From NCBI GenBank assembly GCA_964472875.1, contig CAYYMD010000001.1:11505-75504 (forward strand): 64,000 bases of DNA, in the 5' to 3' direction. Positions 19,259 through 28,801 of the stretch are shown piece by piece. The DNA comes from an uncultured Planctomycetaceae bacterium. GTDB lineage: Bacteria > Planctomycetota > Phycisphaerae > SM23-33. Positions within the stretch are counted from its first letter, which is position 1; the number at the start of each line of letters is the position of its first letter. The translations under genes were made by a program, and so were the position numbers. The notes below the pieces were generated by a model. That model was not told where the DNA came from. It was given only the letters and a program-made list of their open reading frames with translations, and ran no database searches.

Positions 19259-19675
19259 TCAGGTTAGATTTTTGCGAATCTTATCAGCGAGATCCTCTAT
19301 ACGCCCTGATGGATAATTTCCTGCCGGCCAGTTGAAATGGAACTCGTCACCGGCGTTTCGTGGAATAATGTGGAAATGCACGTGCTGAACGACCTGGTGC
19401 GCTACCTGCCCGTTATTCTGTAGAACATTCACTCCCTGACAGCCAGTAACTTCTTTAACGGCCTTGACCAGAGCGGGCAGATGGCCGAGCAAAGCCGCTG
19501 CCTGAGTCGTTGTCATCTGGTCTGCAGTAACCACGTGCTCCTTGGGAATAAGCAATGTGTGGCCTTCGGCCAGCGGACCTATATCGAGGAATGCCACTGC
19601 ATTGTCATCCTCGAATATCTTCGCTGCGGGTATTTCCCCCGCGACAATTTTGCAAAAGATGCAATCTTCAGCCAT
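19259..19675 (-). CDS. HIT-family (histidine triad) nucleotide hydrolase
   Basis: CIFCKIVAGEIP N-term; histidine triad HQVVQHVHFHIIPR. Confidence 0.85.
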   Translation of the reverse strand: MAEDCIFCKIVAGEIPAAKIFEDDNAVAFLDIGPLAEGHTLLIPKEHVVTADQMTTTQAAALLGHLPALVKAVKEVTGCQGVNVLQNNGQVAHQVVQHVHFHIIPRNAGDEFHFNWPAGNYPSGRIEDLADKIRKNLT

Positions 19676-19707
19676 TTCTCTTTTCCTGAAAGTTGGCCGG
19701 CAGACGA

Positions 19708-20403
19708 CTATTCTTTATTTTCCTCGCTCTGCTCGCCGCCCTCTTCCTGTGGCTCTTCCGATTGTTCTTCCTGCGGCTGAGTTTCCGGTTCTGCAGCAGT
19801 CTTTGCTTCGTCCTTTGGCTTTTCCTGCTCCTGTTGGGGCTGATATTCAGCCGTCTCAGTCTCGGCCTCGGTTTGCTGCTGTTCGGTCGGTTTTGTTTCC
19901 TTGACGGCAGTAGCCGACTTGGTGACTGCCGCAGCTACCTTGTGCATCTTTTCAGCGCGGCGCCTGCGGCGCGACTGTCCACGTCTACGACCGCCCTCGG
20001 TTGGAGGAGTCTGCTCCACAAGTTGCAGAACTACCTGCTTGCCGGCATCGCCAATGCGCCTCTCAGCCAGATGTATTATTCGGGTATACCCACCAGACCT
20101 GTCTGCATAGCGTGGGGCAATCTCGTCAAAGAGTTTCTGAATGACTGTGTTCTCGAGCGGTTCTCCCTCGATGTCAAACATCTCCCTGTCGCCAAGGGCC
20201 GATATAATCCTTCTGCGGGCATGCAGTGTGCCTTTCTTGGCGATGGTTATGAGGCGCTCGACGTATCTTCGTAACTCCTTTGCCTTAGCTTCGGTAGTTC
20301 GTATAACCTCGTGCTGAAACAGCGCAACGGCCATATTACGCCGCGTCGCCCTGCGGTGAGGAGTGTTCCTGCTTAATTGTTTGCCTGCCATCCGATGACG
20401 CAT
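19708..20403 (-). CDS. rplQ: 50S ribosomal protein L17 with ~100-aa acidic, low-complexity C-terminal extension
   Basis: MRHRMAGKQLSRNTPHRRATRRNMAVALFQHEVIRTT...GGYTRI L17 core, then E/Q/K/P-rich tail ending ...EQSEENKE. Confidence 0.85.
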   Translation of the reverse strand: MRHRMAGKQLSRNTPHRRATRRNMAVALFQHEVIRTTEAKAKELRRYVERLITIAKKGTLHARRRIISALGDREMFDIEGEPLENTVIQKLFDEIAPRYADRSGGYTRIIHLAERRIGDAGKQVVLQLVEQTPPTEGGRRRGQSRRRRRAEKMHKVAAAVTKSATAVKETKPTEQQQTEAETETAEYQPQQEQEKPKDEAKTAAEPETQPQEEQSEEPQEEGGEQSEENKE

Positions 20404-20434
20404 GGTATATCTTTCCGTCTGCTGGTTAAGTTAT

Positions 20435-21457
20435 TTATTCTTCGCCGCCTGCTGCAGCGCCCTGCTGCTGAGGCACGGGAACATTCATGCCAAGAGATAA
20501 ACCCATTTCCTGCAATTTCCGCTTAATCTCACGGAGCGACGTTTTCCCGAAAGCCCTTATTTGCAACAATTCATTCTCGTTCATATTGACCAACTGCCCG
20601 ACGGTTTCTATGTGCTCCGACTCGAGACAGTTGCTGGACCGTACAGACAGGTCGAGTTCGTGAACGCTCATATTGAGCTTACGGCGCAGTTCGTCGTCCA
20701 ATTCCTTATGCGCGTCCGAAGGCGCCGACTCGATAATCTGCTCGCCGAGTTCGAAATACTCCACGAATGGATTAAGGTGTTTTCTAAGAATCTTGCCCGC
20801 CTCGACCATTGCCATCTCCGGCGTAATGGTGCCGTTGGTCCATATCTCTATAATCAGGCGGTCATAGTTTGTTTTCTGCCCCACACGCGTATCTTCCGTA
20901 CGATATCGCACTCGACGCACCGGTGAGAAAGAAGCATCCACGTTTATTCGACCGGCTTCCTTGGGCGCTTCGGGGTCACCTATTTCTTCCGACGGCAAAT
21001 ATCCACGACCTCTGCGCACACTCATCTCCAAATCGAATTCCACGTTATCCGTCAACGTAGCCAGGAGTAGCTCGCGGTTAATGATTTCTATGGACGGAGA
21101 GGACTCGATCATATCGGCGGTAACAGGCCCTTTGACCTCGCTGTGGACGTGCATGCTTTCGGGGGTCTCTGAAGTTGATTTTATCACGAGACTTTTGACG
21201 TTAAGGATAATGTCTGTAACGTCCTCGAGCACACCCGGCAACGAGGAAAATTCATGCTCGGCGCCTGCTATCTTGACGCTCGTTACGGCCGCGCCTTCCA
21301 GACTGCTGAGCAGCACCCGGCGCAGAGCATTCCCGATGGTTGTGCCGAACCCTCGTTCAAACGGTTCGACAATAAACTTTCCGTAGGTCGGCGACGATAC
21401 CGCCTGATCGCTGACCACCCGCGTTGGCAATTCCAGGCCTCGCCACCTTATACGCAT
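20435..21457 (-). CDS. rpoA: DNA-directed RNA polymerase subunit alpha
   Basis: Strong RpoA similarity (NALRRVLLSSLEGAAVTSVKI; C-terminal domain SVRSSNCL...TVGQLV); position after S4/S11/S13. Confidence 0.95.
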   Translation of the reverse strand: MRIRWRGLELPTRVVSDQAVSSPTYGKFIVEPFERGFGTTIGNALRRVLLSSLEGAAVTSVKIAGAEHEFSSLPGVLEDVTDIILNVKSLVIKSTSETPESMHVHSEVKGPVTADMIESSPSIEIINRELLLATLTDNVEFDLEMSVRRGRGYLPSEEIGDPEAPKEAGRINVDASFSPVRRVRYRTEDTRVGQKTNYDRLIIEIWTNGTITPEMAMVEAGKILRKHLNPFVEYFELGEQIIESAPSDAHKELDDELRRKLNMSVHELDLSVRSSNCLESEHIETVGQLVNMNENELLQIRAFGKTSLREIKRKLQEMGLSLGMNVPVPQQQGAAAGGEE

Positions 21458-21518
21458 TTAACATTGCCTCCAAACTTTAAGCTATTCATATTCATAGTCT
21501 TATATATTCCCTGCAAGT

Positions 21519-22151
21519 TTACTGGCTGCAGAATTCCACGATTAATTCTTCTTCAACCGGAATAGTTATATCTTCTCGCGTAGGCAGCGCCAGAATTTCC
21601 GCAGTCAACGCCGATGCATCCAGCTTAAGCCAGTTCTGCACGTGTGGTTCACCAATTTCTTCCAGGCACGCACGAACGAACCTCTTTGACTGTTCGGAAT
21701 CCTTTACGCTTATCTTATCTCCTACGTCCACTATGTATCCGGCCTTGTTTATTCGCCGGGAGTTGACACGAAAATGGCCGTGAGTAATACTCTGTCTTGC
21801 CGCTTTGCGGGAGGGCGCCATGCCCAACTTATATATCACGTTGTCGAGCCGCCTTTCCAGCAACGTCAGCAGCGCGGCGCCTGTATTACCTTTTTGGCGC
21901 TCCGCCTCACGGTAACATTTCAAAAACTGTCTCTCGAACAATCCATAATAGCGTTTAACCTTCTGTTTTTCGCGAAGGCGCACGCCGTATTCCGAGAGCC
22001 GACGGCCTCGCCAGTGATGCTGGCCAGGGGGGAAATTCCGCCACTGGCGCTCCATCGGACACTTGGCCGTTTCACACCTGGCGCCCTTGAGCATCAGTTT
22101 GATACCTTCGCGCCGGCATAATTTACACGATGGTCCGGTATAACGTCCCAT
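21519..22151 (-). CDS. rpsD: 30S ribosomal protein S4
   Basis: MGRYTGPSCKLCRREGIKL N-terminal Zn-ribbon-like S4 signature. Confidence 0.95.
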   Translation of the reverse strand: MGRYTGPSCKLCRREGIKLMLKGARCETAKCPMERQWRNFPPGQHHWRGRRLSEYGVRLREKQKVKRYYGLFERQFLKCYREAERQKGNTGAALLTLLERRLDNVIYKLGMAPSRKAARQSITHGHFRVNSRRINKAGYIVDVGDKISVKDSEQSKRFVRACLEEIGEPHVQNWLKLDASALTAEILALPTREDITIPVEEELIVEFCSQ

Positions 22152-22185
22152 TATTCAGTATACTCCTTGTGTCGATACAATCAGG

Positions 22186-22575
22186 TCAGACCCGCCTGCG
22201 TTTTTTGGGGCGGCAACCGTTATGAGGTATCGGTGTAATGTCTTCGATTGAGGTTATTTTAAGGCCGGCCGCCTGCAACGCTCTTATGGCGCTCTCACGC
22301 CCACTGCCGGGCCCTTTAACTTTTACTTCCACTTCTTTGACGCCCATCTTTTTAGCTTCACCGGCCACTCTTTCAGAGGCCCTCTGAGCAGCGAAGGGCG
22401 TGCTTTTCCTGGCGCCTTTAAAGCCCATCTTTCCGGCCGACGAACTGCACACCACTTCCCCCTTATGGTCGGTGACCGTTATGAGGGTGTTATTGAATGT
22501 GGCCTTGACGCATACTATCGCCTTGCCGATGCTATGTTTTACTTTTTTGCTTCTGCGACTTTTAGCCATTGTCAA
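22186..22575 (-). CDS. rpsK: 30S ribosomal protein S11
   Basis: [11 protein letters not shown]...[14 protein letters not shown]...[12 protein letters not shown]. Confidence 0.95.
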   Translation of the reverse strand: MTMAKSRRSKKVKHSIGKAIVCVKATFNNTLITVTDHKGEVVCSSSAGKMGFKGARKSTPFAAQRASERVAGEAKKMGVKEVEVKVKGPGSGRESAIRALQAAGLKITSIEDITPIPHNGCRPKKRRRV

Positions 22576-22955
22576 CGCAGCTCCTTGACCGATCTCTTAC
22601 CGGCCACTGTTTTTCGTGGTCCTTTGCGCGTACGAGCATTTGTTCTTGTTCGCTGGCCGTGCACCGGCAAACCCCGCCGATGCCTCATACCACGGTACGT
22701 GTGTATATCACGGAGTCTTGCGATATTCTGCTGCACCTGGCGACGCAACTGACCTTCTATAATATATTCATTCTCTATAACCGAGGCAATCTGCGAGAGT
22801 TGCTCTCCGGTCAATTCTTTTGCCCGCATCTGCGGGTCAACGTCGGCCTTACCACAAATATTATCAGCGCTTTTTGGGCCTATTCCGTAAATATATCTTA
22901 AAGCTATCCTGGTGGGTTTATTATCCGGTATGTCTACTCCAAGGATACGCGGCAT
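22572..22955 (-). CDS. rpsM: 30S ribosomal protein S13
   Basis: [26 protein letters not shown]...[23 protein letters not shown]. Confidence 0.95.
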   Translation of the reverse strand: MPRILGVDIPDNKPTRIALRYIYGIGPKSADNICGKADVDPQMRAKELTGEQLSQIASVIENEYIIEGQLRRQVQQNIARLRDIHTYRGMRHRRGLPVHGQRTRTNARTRKGPRKTVAGKRSVKELR

Positions 22956-22975
22956 AGTTCACCTCTTATCTATTC

Positions 22976-23089
22976 TCAACCTTGTTTTTGTTTATGCTTT
23001 GGGTTGGTACAAATTACTCGTAACACGCCTTTGCGGCGTATCATTTTGCAATTCTCACAAATTCTTTTGACTGAACTTTTAACTTTCAT
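22976..23089 (-). CDS. rpmJ: 50S ribosomal protein L36 (zinc-ribbon type)
   Basis: Hand translation gives [37 protein letters not shown] (37 aa, C-x2-C-x12-C-x4-H); not in ORF track (below length cut-off); canonical position between map and rpsM. Confidence 0.85.
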   Translation of the reverse strand: MKVKSSVKRICENCKMIRRKGVLRVICTNPKHKQKQG

Positions 23090-23136
23090 AATTCAAACTC
23101 CCGCCCCGTAATATGGGCGACAAATTATAATCTATG

Positions 23137-23931
23137 TTAATTAGAAGACGTTAAAACATCCGCACCTTCATCGGTCACAGCAACCGTATTCTCAAAATGC
23201 GCCGACGCCGAATGATCGCGGGTAACTATTGTCCACCCGTCCGCTGCGTATTCTACCGCAGCTGAACCGATGTTAACCATCGGTTCGATTGCCAGCACCA
23301 TTCCTTCTTTTAGAATAATATCGTTTGCTTCAAGCTCTCTCGAAACAAAATTTGGTATCTTTGGCTCTTCATGCATTTCGGCGCCTATGCCGTGCCCGAC
23401 AAACTCCCGGACGACGGAAAATCCTTCATCTTCAACATAATTCTGCAGCGCCCGTGCGATGTCAGACCATTTCCGCTGTGGAGCGACCATGCTCACTGCC
23501 ATGGCAAGTGCGTTTTGGGTAACTTCGACCAGCCGCCGCTTTGCCGCATCGACATTGCCAATCATATATGTATGGGCGGCGTCGCCACACCAGCCGTCCA
23601 GACGAACGCCGAAATCGACACTGACTATGTCACCGTCGCATATTTTTCTGTCCGAAGGTATGCCGTGAACCACCTGCTCGTTGATGGATGCACATATACT
23701 GGCCGGGAACGGTCCGGCTTTGCCGCGGCCGGGGACACCCTTGAAAAGGCATTGGGCGCTGTGTCGCCGGGAAATTTCTTCCGCCTCGGTATTCAACTGC
23801 TCAGTCGTAACGCCCGGGGCGGTCAATTCGCCGAGGCGGTCGAGTACTTCACGGACGATACGGCCGGCCAGCCGCATCTTTTGAATTTCCTCTGAAGTTT
23901 TAAGTCTTATTGCAACCAATTCTGCATCCAA
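23137..23931 (-). CDS. map: methionine aminopeptidase, type I
   Basis: Metal ligands in VSVDFGVRLDGWCGD, HGIGAEMHEEP, EPMV; 264 aa. Confidence 0.9.
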   Translation of the reverse strand: MDAELVAIRLKTSEEIQKMRLAGRIVREVLDRLGELTAPGVTTEQLNTEAEEISRRHSAQCLFKGVPGRGKAGPFPASICASINEQVVHGIPSDRKICDGDIVSVDFGVRLDGWCGDAAHTYMIGNVDAAKRRLVEVTQNALAMAVSMVAPQRKWSDIARALQNYVEDEGFSVVREFVGHGIGAEMHEEPKIPNFVSRELEANDIILKEGMVLAIEPMVNIGSAAVEYAADGWTIVTRDHSASAHFENTVAVTDEGADVLTSSN

Positions 23932-23932
23932 A

Positions 23933-24607
23933 TTATTCGGACGATTCTAAACTTTCCAGCTCGGCCAGTAACTCCCGGCCGACATCTTCTGGTGGCTTAT
24001 TTCCGTCTACTTCGATAATTCTTAGTCCGTTGTTGTCGCCTTCCGAACTACTACGGTAGTACTTTACGACAGGTGCGGTGAGATTTTTATACGCCTCAAG
24101 GCGTTTTTTTACCGCTTCTTCAGTATCATCCTGACGCTGGACGAGTTTTTCGCCGCAGGCATCGCAAATTCCGGGTTTTTCCGGCGGCATATTTTTTACG
24201 TGGTAGACTTTTCCGCAGGCCGGGCATATCCTACGGCCGGTTATTCTATCCACTATCACATCTTGAGCGGCATCTATTATTATCACGGCGTCGAGCGACT
24301 GTCCGGATTCCTGCAGCCGCGAATCCAGTGCCTCGGCCTGAAGAACCGTACGCGGAAAACCGTCCAGTAGCACGCGATCCCCGCCGCTGGTCAACGTTTT
24401 GGCCATAACATCCACCATTATATCATCAGGCACGAGTTTGCCTGCATCCATGTACTCGGCTACTTTATTGCCCAGCGCAGTGCCGCTGGACCTTTCAGCC
24501 CGCAGTATGTCCCCGCTGGACAGGTGCCGCATATCGAACCTGTCGGCAAGCTTCTTGGCCTGTGTGCCTTTACCGGCACCTGGCGGTCCTATCATAACTA
24601 CCTTCAT
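23933..24607 (-). CDS. adk: adenylate kinase (long form with Cys4 zinc LID)
   Basis: P-loop GPPGAGKGTQA; LID CPACGKVYH...CDACG; 4-nt overlap with secY stop. Confidence 0.95.
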   Translation of the reverse strand: MKVVMIGPPGAGKGTQAKKLADRFDMRHLSSGDILRAERSSGTALGNKVAEYMDAGKLVPDDIMVDVMAKTLTSGGDRVLLDGFPRTVLQAEALDSRLQESGQSLDAVIIIDAAQDVIVDRITGRRICPACGKVYHVKNMPPEKPGICDACGEKLVQRQDDTEEAVKKRLEAYKNLTAPVVKYYRSSSEGDNNGLRIIEVDGNKPPEDVGRELLAELESLESSE

Positions 24608-26175
24608 CGGTATGCCCCCCTTATTCTCGTACTGCCGCCTAAAAATCCGCTGTAATTATGCATTAGGAGATTCGCCTCTATCCGTTGAACCAGGTCGAGT
24701 GTCACCGAAACCACGATAAGCAGACCTGTGCCTCCCAGGAATGCCGAGACCGTAGTTGGAATGTCAAGTATAGCGGCGATAACCATAGGGATAACGGCGA
24801 TAACCGCAAGGAACGCCGCACCACAATAGGTAACCCGTTCCATGACTCGCTCAAGATAATCGGCCGTCCTCTTACCGGGCCGCAGGCCGGGTATAAAACT
24901 GCCGTAATCGCGCAACTGGTCGGCCATGTCCTTGGGCCTGAACTGAACAGTAGTCCAGAAATACGCGAAGAAAAATATCAACATAATATAAATCACCCAG
25001 TAGACGTAACTTTGACGCGTGAACGCCTCGTAAAGCATGCGAGTAGTGTTTGACGACCAGGTGTTGTTTATCCATCCAAAAAGTAGGTTGGGGAAAATCA
25101 TCAGCGACGAGGCAAATATAATGGGAATTACACCACCATGGTTCACACGAAGAGGCAGGTAGTGCCTCTGGCCACCATAAACCCTGCGGCCGCGTGTATG
25201 CTTGGCCTGCTGGACTGGTATGCGCCTCTGGGCCTGTGTTATTAAAATAGTGCCAGCCACCACGAACACGAACGCCGCAACCAGGAATAATATGTGTCCG
25301 ATACCGATTTTGCCTGTCTCTCCGGAACTTATCAGTCGCAGATCGGTTATGTCCTGGAGTATGAGTACAGCCTGTGGCAGGCGTGATACGATACCTGCCA
25401 TGATTATCAAACTGATACCGTTGCCGATGCCATATTCGTCTATCTGTTCCCCCAGCCACATCAGGAAAATCGTCCCGGCAGTCAGGCCAAAAATACCCGC
25501 CAGATAAATAATATACGATCCGCGCCATTCCGGATACAGCAGGTTGTTGCGGTTCATAAAGTTCATCCAGAAAGCCGCTTGGACAATACAAAGACCTACT
25601 GTCGCGTAACGGGTATATTCTTGTATTTTTTTCTGCCCGGTGGGGCCTTCCTTTTGAAGTCGCTCAAGCGAAGGCACTACGGTGGTTAGCAACTGGAATA
25701 TAATGGAGGCAGATATATACGGCATAATGCCCAGCCCGAACAGTGTCGCCTGACTAAGCGTGCCGCCGGTAAACATGGCGAAGTAGGTCATGGCCTGGCC
25801 GAGAATGCCCTCTTGTGCCTGGCGCTCCATGAATGTCATCACCTGTTGCTGGTTCAAACCGGGCAGAGGTACATGGAAACCAATCCGATAAATACACAAA
25901 AGCGCGACCGTAAATAAGATTTTTTTGACCAGTTCGGGAATCGAGAAAATATTCTGAAGCACTTCCCGAACACGGGAATCAGCCCAGAGTCCATAATAAT
26001 ACAGACCCAGCAGGATAACGGCCCCCACAAGTTTGATAGCCGGCGCTACCACCGCGCCCGTAATAGTCGCAGCCGATAAAACAGCACTCAGGGATGATAC
26101 ACCGGTGACTATCAACCATATCGCTATGGCCGCCACTATCAATCCCACTGCTGTTCTGAAAATTCGGAAAGCCAT
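24604..26175 (-). CDS. secY: preprotein translocase subunit SecY (with ~70-aa hydrophobic N-terminal extension, if the ATG at 26175 is used)
   Basis: Core begins LQNIFSIPELVKKILFTVALLCIYRIGFHVPLPG (matches SecY TM1/TM2 start); 523 aa vs ~440 typical. Confidence 0.9.
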   Translation of the reverse strand: MAFRIFRTAVGLIVAAIAIWLIVTGVSSLSAVLSAATITGAVVAPAIKLVGAVILLGLYYYGLWADSRVREVLQNIFSIPELVKKILFTVALLCIYRIGFHVPLPGLNQQQVMTFMERQAQEGILGQAMTYFAMFTGGTLSQATLFGLGIMPYISASIIFQLLTTVVPSLERLQKEGPTGQKKIQEYTRYATVGLCIVQAAFWMNFMNRNNLLYPEWRGSYIIYLAGIFGLTAGTIFLMWLGEQIDEYGIGNGISLIIMAGIVSRLPQAVLILQDITDLRLISSGETGKIGIGHILFLVAAFVFVVAGTILITQAQRRIPVQQAKHTRGRRVYGGQRHYLPLRVNHGGVIPIIFASSLMIFPNLLFGWINNTWSSNTTRMLYEAFTRQSYVYWVIYIMLIFFFAYFWTTVQFRPKDMADQLRDYGSFIPGLRPGKRTADYLERVMERVTYCGAAFLAVIAVIPMVIAAILDIPTTVSAFLGGTGLLIVVSVTLDLVQRIEANLLMHNYSGFLGGSTRIRGAYR

Positions 26176-26202
26176 TAATCTTCGCTCGTACAGTGTCTTT
26201 CG

Positions 26203-26655
26203 TTACACCTTTTCGGTTAGTTCTGCCTCACCGCCTGCGGCTTTAATTTTCTCGGATGCAGACGCGGAAAATTTATCCGCCTTTACTGCAAGTTTTTTGC
26301 TCAATTCTCCGTTACCGAGAATCTTTACCGGCTTCTCCGGCGAGTCGATAAGGCCGGCATCGGCCAACGCCTTGGCATCCACGTTCGCACCTTCGTCAAA
26401 TTTGTCCAGGGCCGCCACGTTAACAATCTGGTAGTTCCTGCGGAATAAGGCGTTTGAGAATCCCCTTTTGGGCATCCTGCTCAGGGCGGGAGTCTGTCCG
26501 CCTTCGTAACCATAACGGCGCTTCGCGCCGGATCGCGAGCCGTAACCCTTGTGTCCTCGGCCGCAGGTTTTACCTTTTCCGGTTCCTATGCCGCGACCTA
26601 CACGTTTTCGAGGTTTACGCTTGCTTGCGGATTTTAGAATTTCGTCCAGCTTCAT
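26203..26655 (-). CDS. rplO: 50S ribosomal protein L15
   Basis: MKLDEILKSASKRKPRKRVGRGIGTGKGKTCGRGHKG. Confidence 0.95.
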   Translation of the reverse strand: MKLDEILKSASKRKPRKRVGRGIGTGKGKTCGRGHKGYGSRSGAKRRYGYEGGQTPALSRMPKRGFSNALFRRNYQIVNVAALDKFDEGANVDAKALADAGLIDSPEKPVKILGNGELSKKLAVKADKFSASASEKIKAAGGEAELTEKV

Positions 26656-27164
26656 TGAACCTTGACTCCTCGCAATTCGCTGACGATTTTGGCGTCTCGC
26701 AGCGACCTAAGCGCACTCAATCCTGCCTTGAGCAGATTTTTTGGCGAGGTTGACCCGTACGCCTTGGTCAAAACATCGTGAATTCCGGCCAACTCCAGCA
26801 ATGGCCTGAGGTTCTTGCCTGCAATCACGCCCGTACCTTCTGAGGCAGGTAATAAAACAACTTTGGATGCGCCGCATCGACCGATGACGGGATGTGGAAT
26901 AGTTCTGCCTTTTCTGGTAATCGGTTCGAGTTGCTTTTTCGCATCCGATACACCTTTTTCAACCGCCAAAGGCACACCATTGGCCTTGCCGTACCCCAGA
27001 CCAACGTTTCCGTTGCGGTCGCCCACAACAACCAGTGCGGCGAAACTAAATTTTCGTCCGCCTTTTACCACCTTGGAACAGCGGTAAATCTGGATAACGT
27101 TATCTTCAAGTCCCGACTGGTCGTCCATGTCTCTTGATGATTTTTTACTCGGTCTTCTGGCCAC
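26652..27164 (-). CDS. rpsE: 30S ribosomal protein S5
   Basis: IYRCSKVVKGGRKFSFAALVVVGDRNGNVGLGYGKA dsRBD/S5 motifs; stop overlaps rplO start, so there is no rpmD between them. Confidence 0.95.
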   Translation of the reverse strand: MARRPSKKSSRDMDDQSGLEDNVIQIYRCSKVVKGGRKFSFAALVVVGDRNGNVGLGYGKANGVPLAVEKGVSDAKKQLEPITRKGRTIPHPVIGRCGASKVVLLPASEGTGVIAGKNLRPLLELAGIHDVLTKAYGSTSPKNLLKAGLSALRSLRDAKIVSELRGVKVQ

Positions 27165-27181
27165 CTGTTAACCTCTCAAAG

Positions 27182-27553
27182 TCAAAATTTCAGGCCGGCT
27201 TCACGAGCGGCCTGTGCTAATTGTTGTACTCTTCCGTGATAAACGTATCCGCCCCTGTCTAAGACCGCCTGCTTGATGTTATTTTCGACGGCCTTTTGGG
27301 CCAGGCGCTGCCCGACTACTTTGGCGGCCTGCACGTTGCCGCCCTTACCATTGAGTTCCTTGCGAACATCCTTTTCGAGTGAGCAGGCGGATACGAGCGT
27401 ATTCCCGGATGTATCGTCGATTAACTGCGCATATATGTTATTGATACTGCGGTACACCGACAATCGGGGTCTGTCGGGTGTGCCTATAATCTTCTTTCGG
27501 ACTCTCTTCTTCCGCCTTGCCCGGCGGATTTGTTTTTCCAGTGTTTTCTTCAT
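27182..27553 (-). CDS. rplR: 50S ribosomal protein L18
   Basis: [28 protein letters not shown]...[12 protein letters not shown]. Confidence 0.95.
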   Translation of the reverse strand: MKKTLEKQIRRARRKKRVRKKIIGTPDRPRLSVYRSINNIYAQLIDDTSGNTLVSACSLEKDVRKELNGKGGNVQAAKVVGQRLAQKAVENNIKQAVLDRGGYVYHGRVQQLAQAAREAGLKF

Positions 27554-27568
27554 TGCTGCACCAAATCT

Positions 27569-28150
27569 TTATGCCGTACCTGTCCCGGCGAAGGCCTTTC
27601 CGACTTTACGGTGAACCCTTTCACCTGCGTATCTTATGCCCTTGCCCTTATAAGGTTCGGGTGGACGCGTTTTACGGACCAGAGCGGCGAACTGGCCCAC
27701 ATCGTGTTTATCGGGACCGCTTATGGTAAAACGAGCCGGCTCAGTGTCTCCACGGGCCTGCGGTGTAGTCACATCAACATTCAACCCATCCGGTATGGTG
27801 AACACGGCCGGGTGGCTGAAGCCGCAGTTTACTTTCAGCTGTTTGCCTTGCACCTCGGCGCCATAGCCAACGCCGTAAACTTCCAGCGATCTTGAATACC
27901 CGTTTTTGCATCCTTCGACCATATTTGCGATCAGTTTTCGTGTGAGTCCATGCAAAGAACGCACAAATCTGTCGTTCCTATTGCGGGAGACTTTTATGGT
28001 CTTGCCGTCGTCTTCAAGCTCCACCGACACCTCCGGCCGATGCTCCCATGAGAGTTTGCCTTTGGGGCCTTCAACGTTAACAGTTCTGCCTGAAAGCGTC
28101 ACTTTGACGCCATCGGGCAACTTTATCGGTTTTATTCCTATTCGAGACAT
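27569..28150 (-). CDS. rplF: 50S ribosomal protein L6
   Basis: MSRIGIKPIKLPDGVKVTLSGRTVNVEGPKGKLS tandem L6 domains. Confidence 0.95.
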   Translation of the reverse strand: MSRIGIKPIKLPDGVKVTLSGRTVNVEGPKGKLSWEHRPEVSVELEDDGKTIKVSRNRNDRFVRSLHGLTRKLIANMVEGCKNGYSRSLEVYGVGYGAEVQGKQLKVNCGFSHPAVFTIPDGLNVDVTTPQARGDTEPARFTISGPDKHDVGQFAALVRKTRPPEPYKGKGIRYAGERVHRKVGKAFAGTGTA

Positions 28151-28186
28151 CTTTCGCTTTCTATAACTGAATCATACTGCATGGAT

Positions 28187-28585
28187 TTAACAAACCGAAC
28201 ACAGCACTTCGCCGCCGACGTTCTCCTTCTTGCACTGCCTGTCGGACAGAATGCCTTTTGAGGTCGACACGACCGAAATACCAAGCCCTCCCATTACCTC
28301 GGGCATGTCGTCCACGCCCCGATATACTCTGAGTCCTGGTCTGCTAACACGCTGTATATCCGTTATAATGTCCTGGCCGGTAGGGCCATACTTTAAATAC
28401 ACGCGCAGTATGCCTTGCTTATTGTCATCAACGCGACGGTAGTCTTTTATGTAACCTTCATCCTTAAGCACCTTGCACAGTCCCTCGCACACACCTGAGC
28501 TGCGCACGTTAACGGTGGGCGACTTTTTCACCAAGGCGTTGCGAATCCTGGTCAGCATATCTGCAATCGGATCGGACAGACTCAT
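28187..28585 (-). CDS. rpsH: 30S ribosomal protein S8
   Basis: MSLSDPIADMLTRIRNA...GGLGISVVSTSKGILSD. Confidence 0.95.
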   Translation of the reverse strand: MSLSDPIADMLTRIRNALVKKSPTVNVRSSGVCEGLCKVLKDEGYIKDYRRVDDNKQGILRVYLKYGPTGQDIITDIQRVSRPGLRVYRGVDDMPEVMGGLGISVVSTSKGILSDRQCKKENVGGEVLCSVC

Positions 28586-28600
28586 ATCAAGCGGTCCTCA

Positions 28601-28786
28601 TTACCAACTGGTTTTCTTCATGCCGGGGATCTTGCCCTCATTGGCGAGATTCCTCAGGCATATTCTGCATATACGAAACTTGCGGTAGACGCCTCTTGGT
28701 CTGCCGCACAACTGGCACCTGCGCACTATCCTGGTCGAATATTTCGGCGTTCTGTTTGATTTTGCTATCTGCGCTTTAGTCGCCAT
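28601..28786 (-). CDS. rpsZ: 30S ribosomal protein S14, type Z (zinc-binding, 61 aa)
   Basis: [24 protein letters not shown] Cys4 motif. Confidence 0.95.
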   Translation of the reverse strand: MATKAQIAKSNRTPKYSTRIVRRCQLCGRPRGVYRKFRICRICLRNLANEGKIPGMKKTSW

Positions 28787-28801
28787 TGTTCACCTTATCC
28801 T

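Noticed and set aside
19693-20274. 193-aa plus-strand ORF (L/F-rich) overlapping the L17 tail
   Set aside because: Antisense translation of the GAG/GAA/CAG-rich L17 tail gives L/F runs. Artefact.
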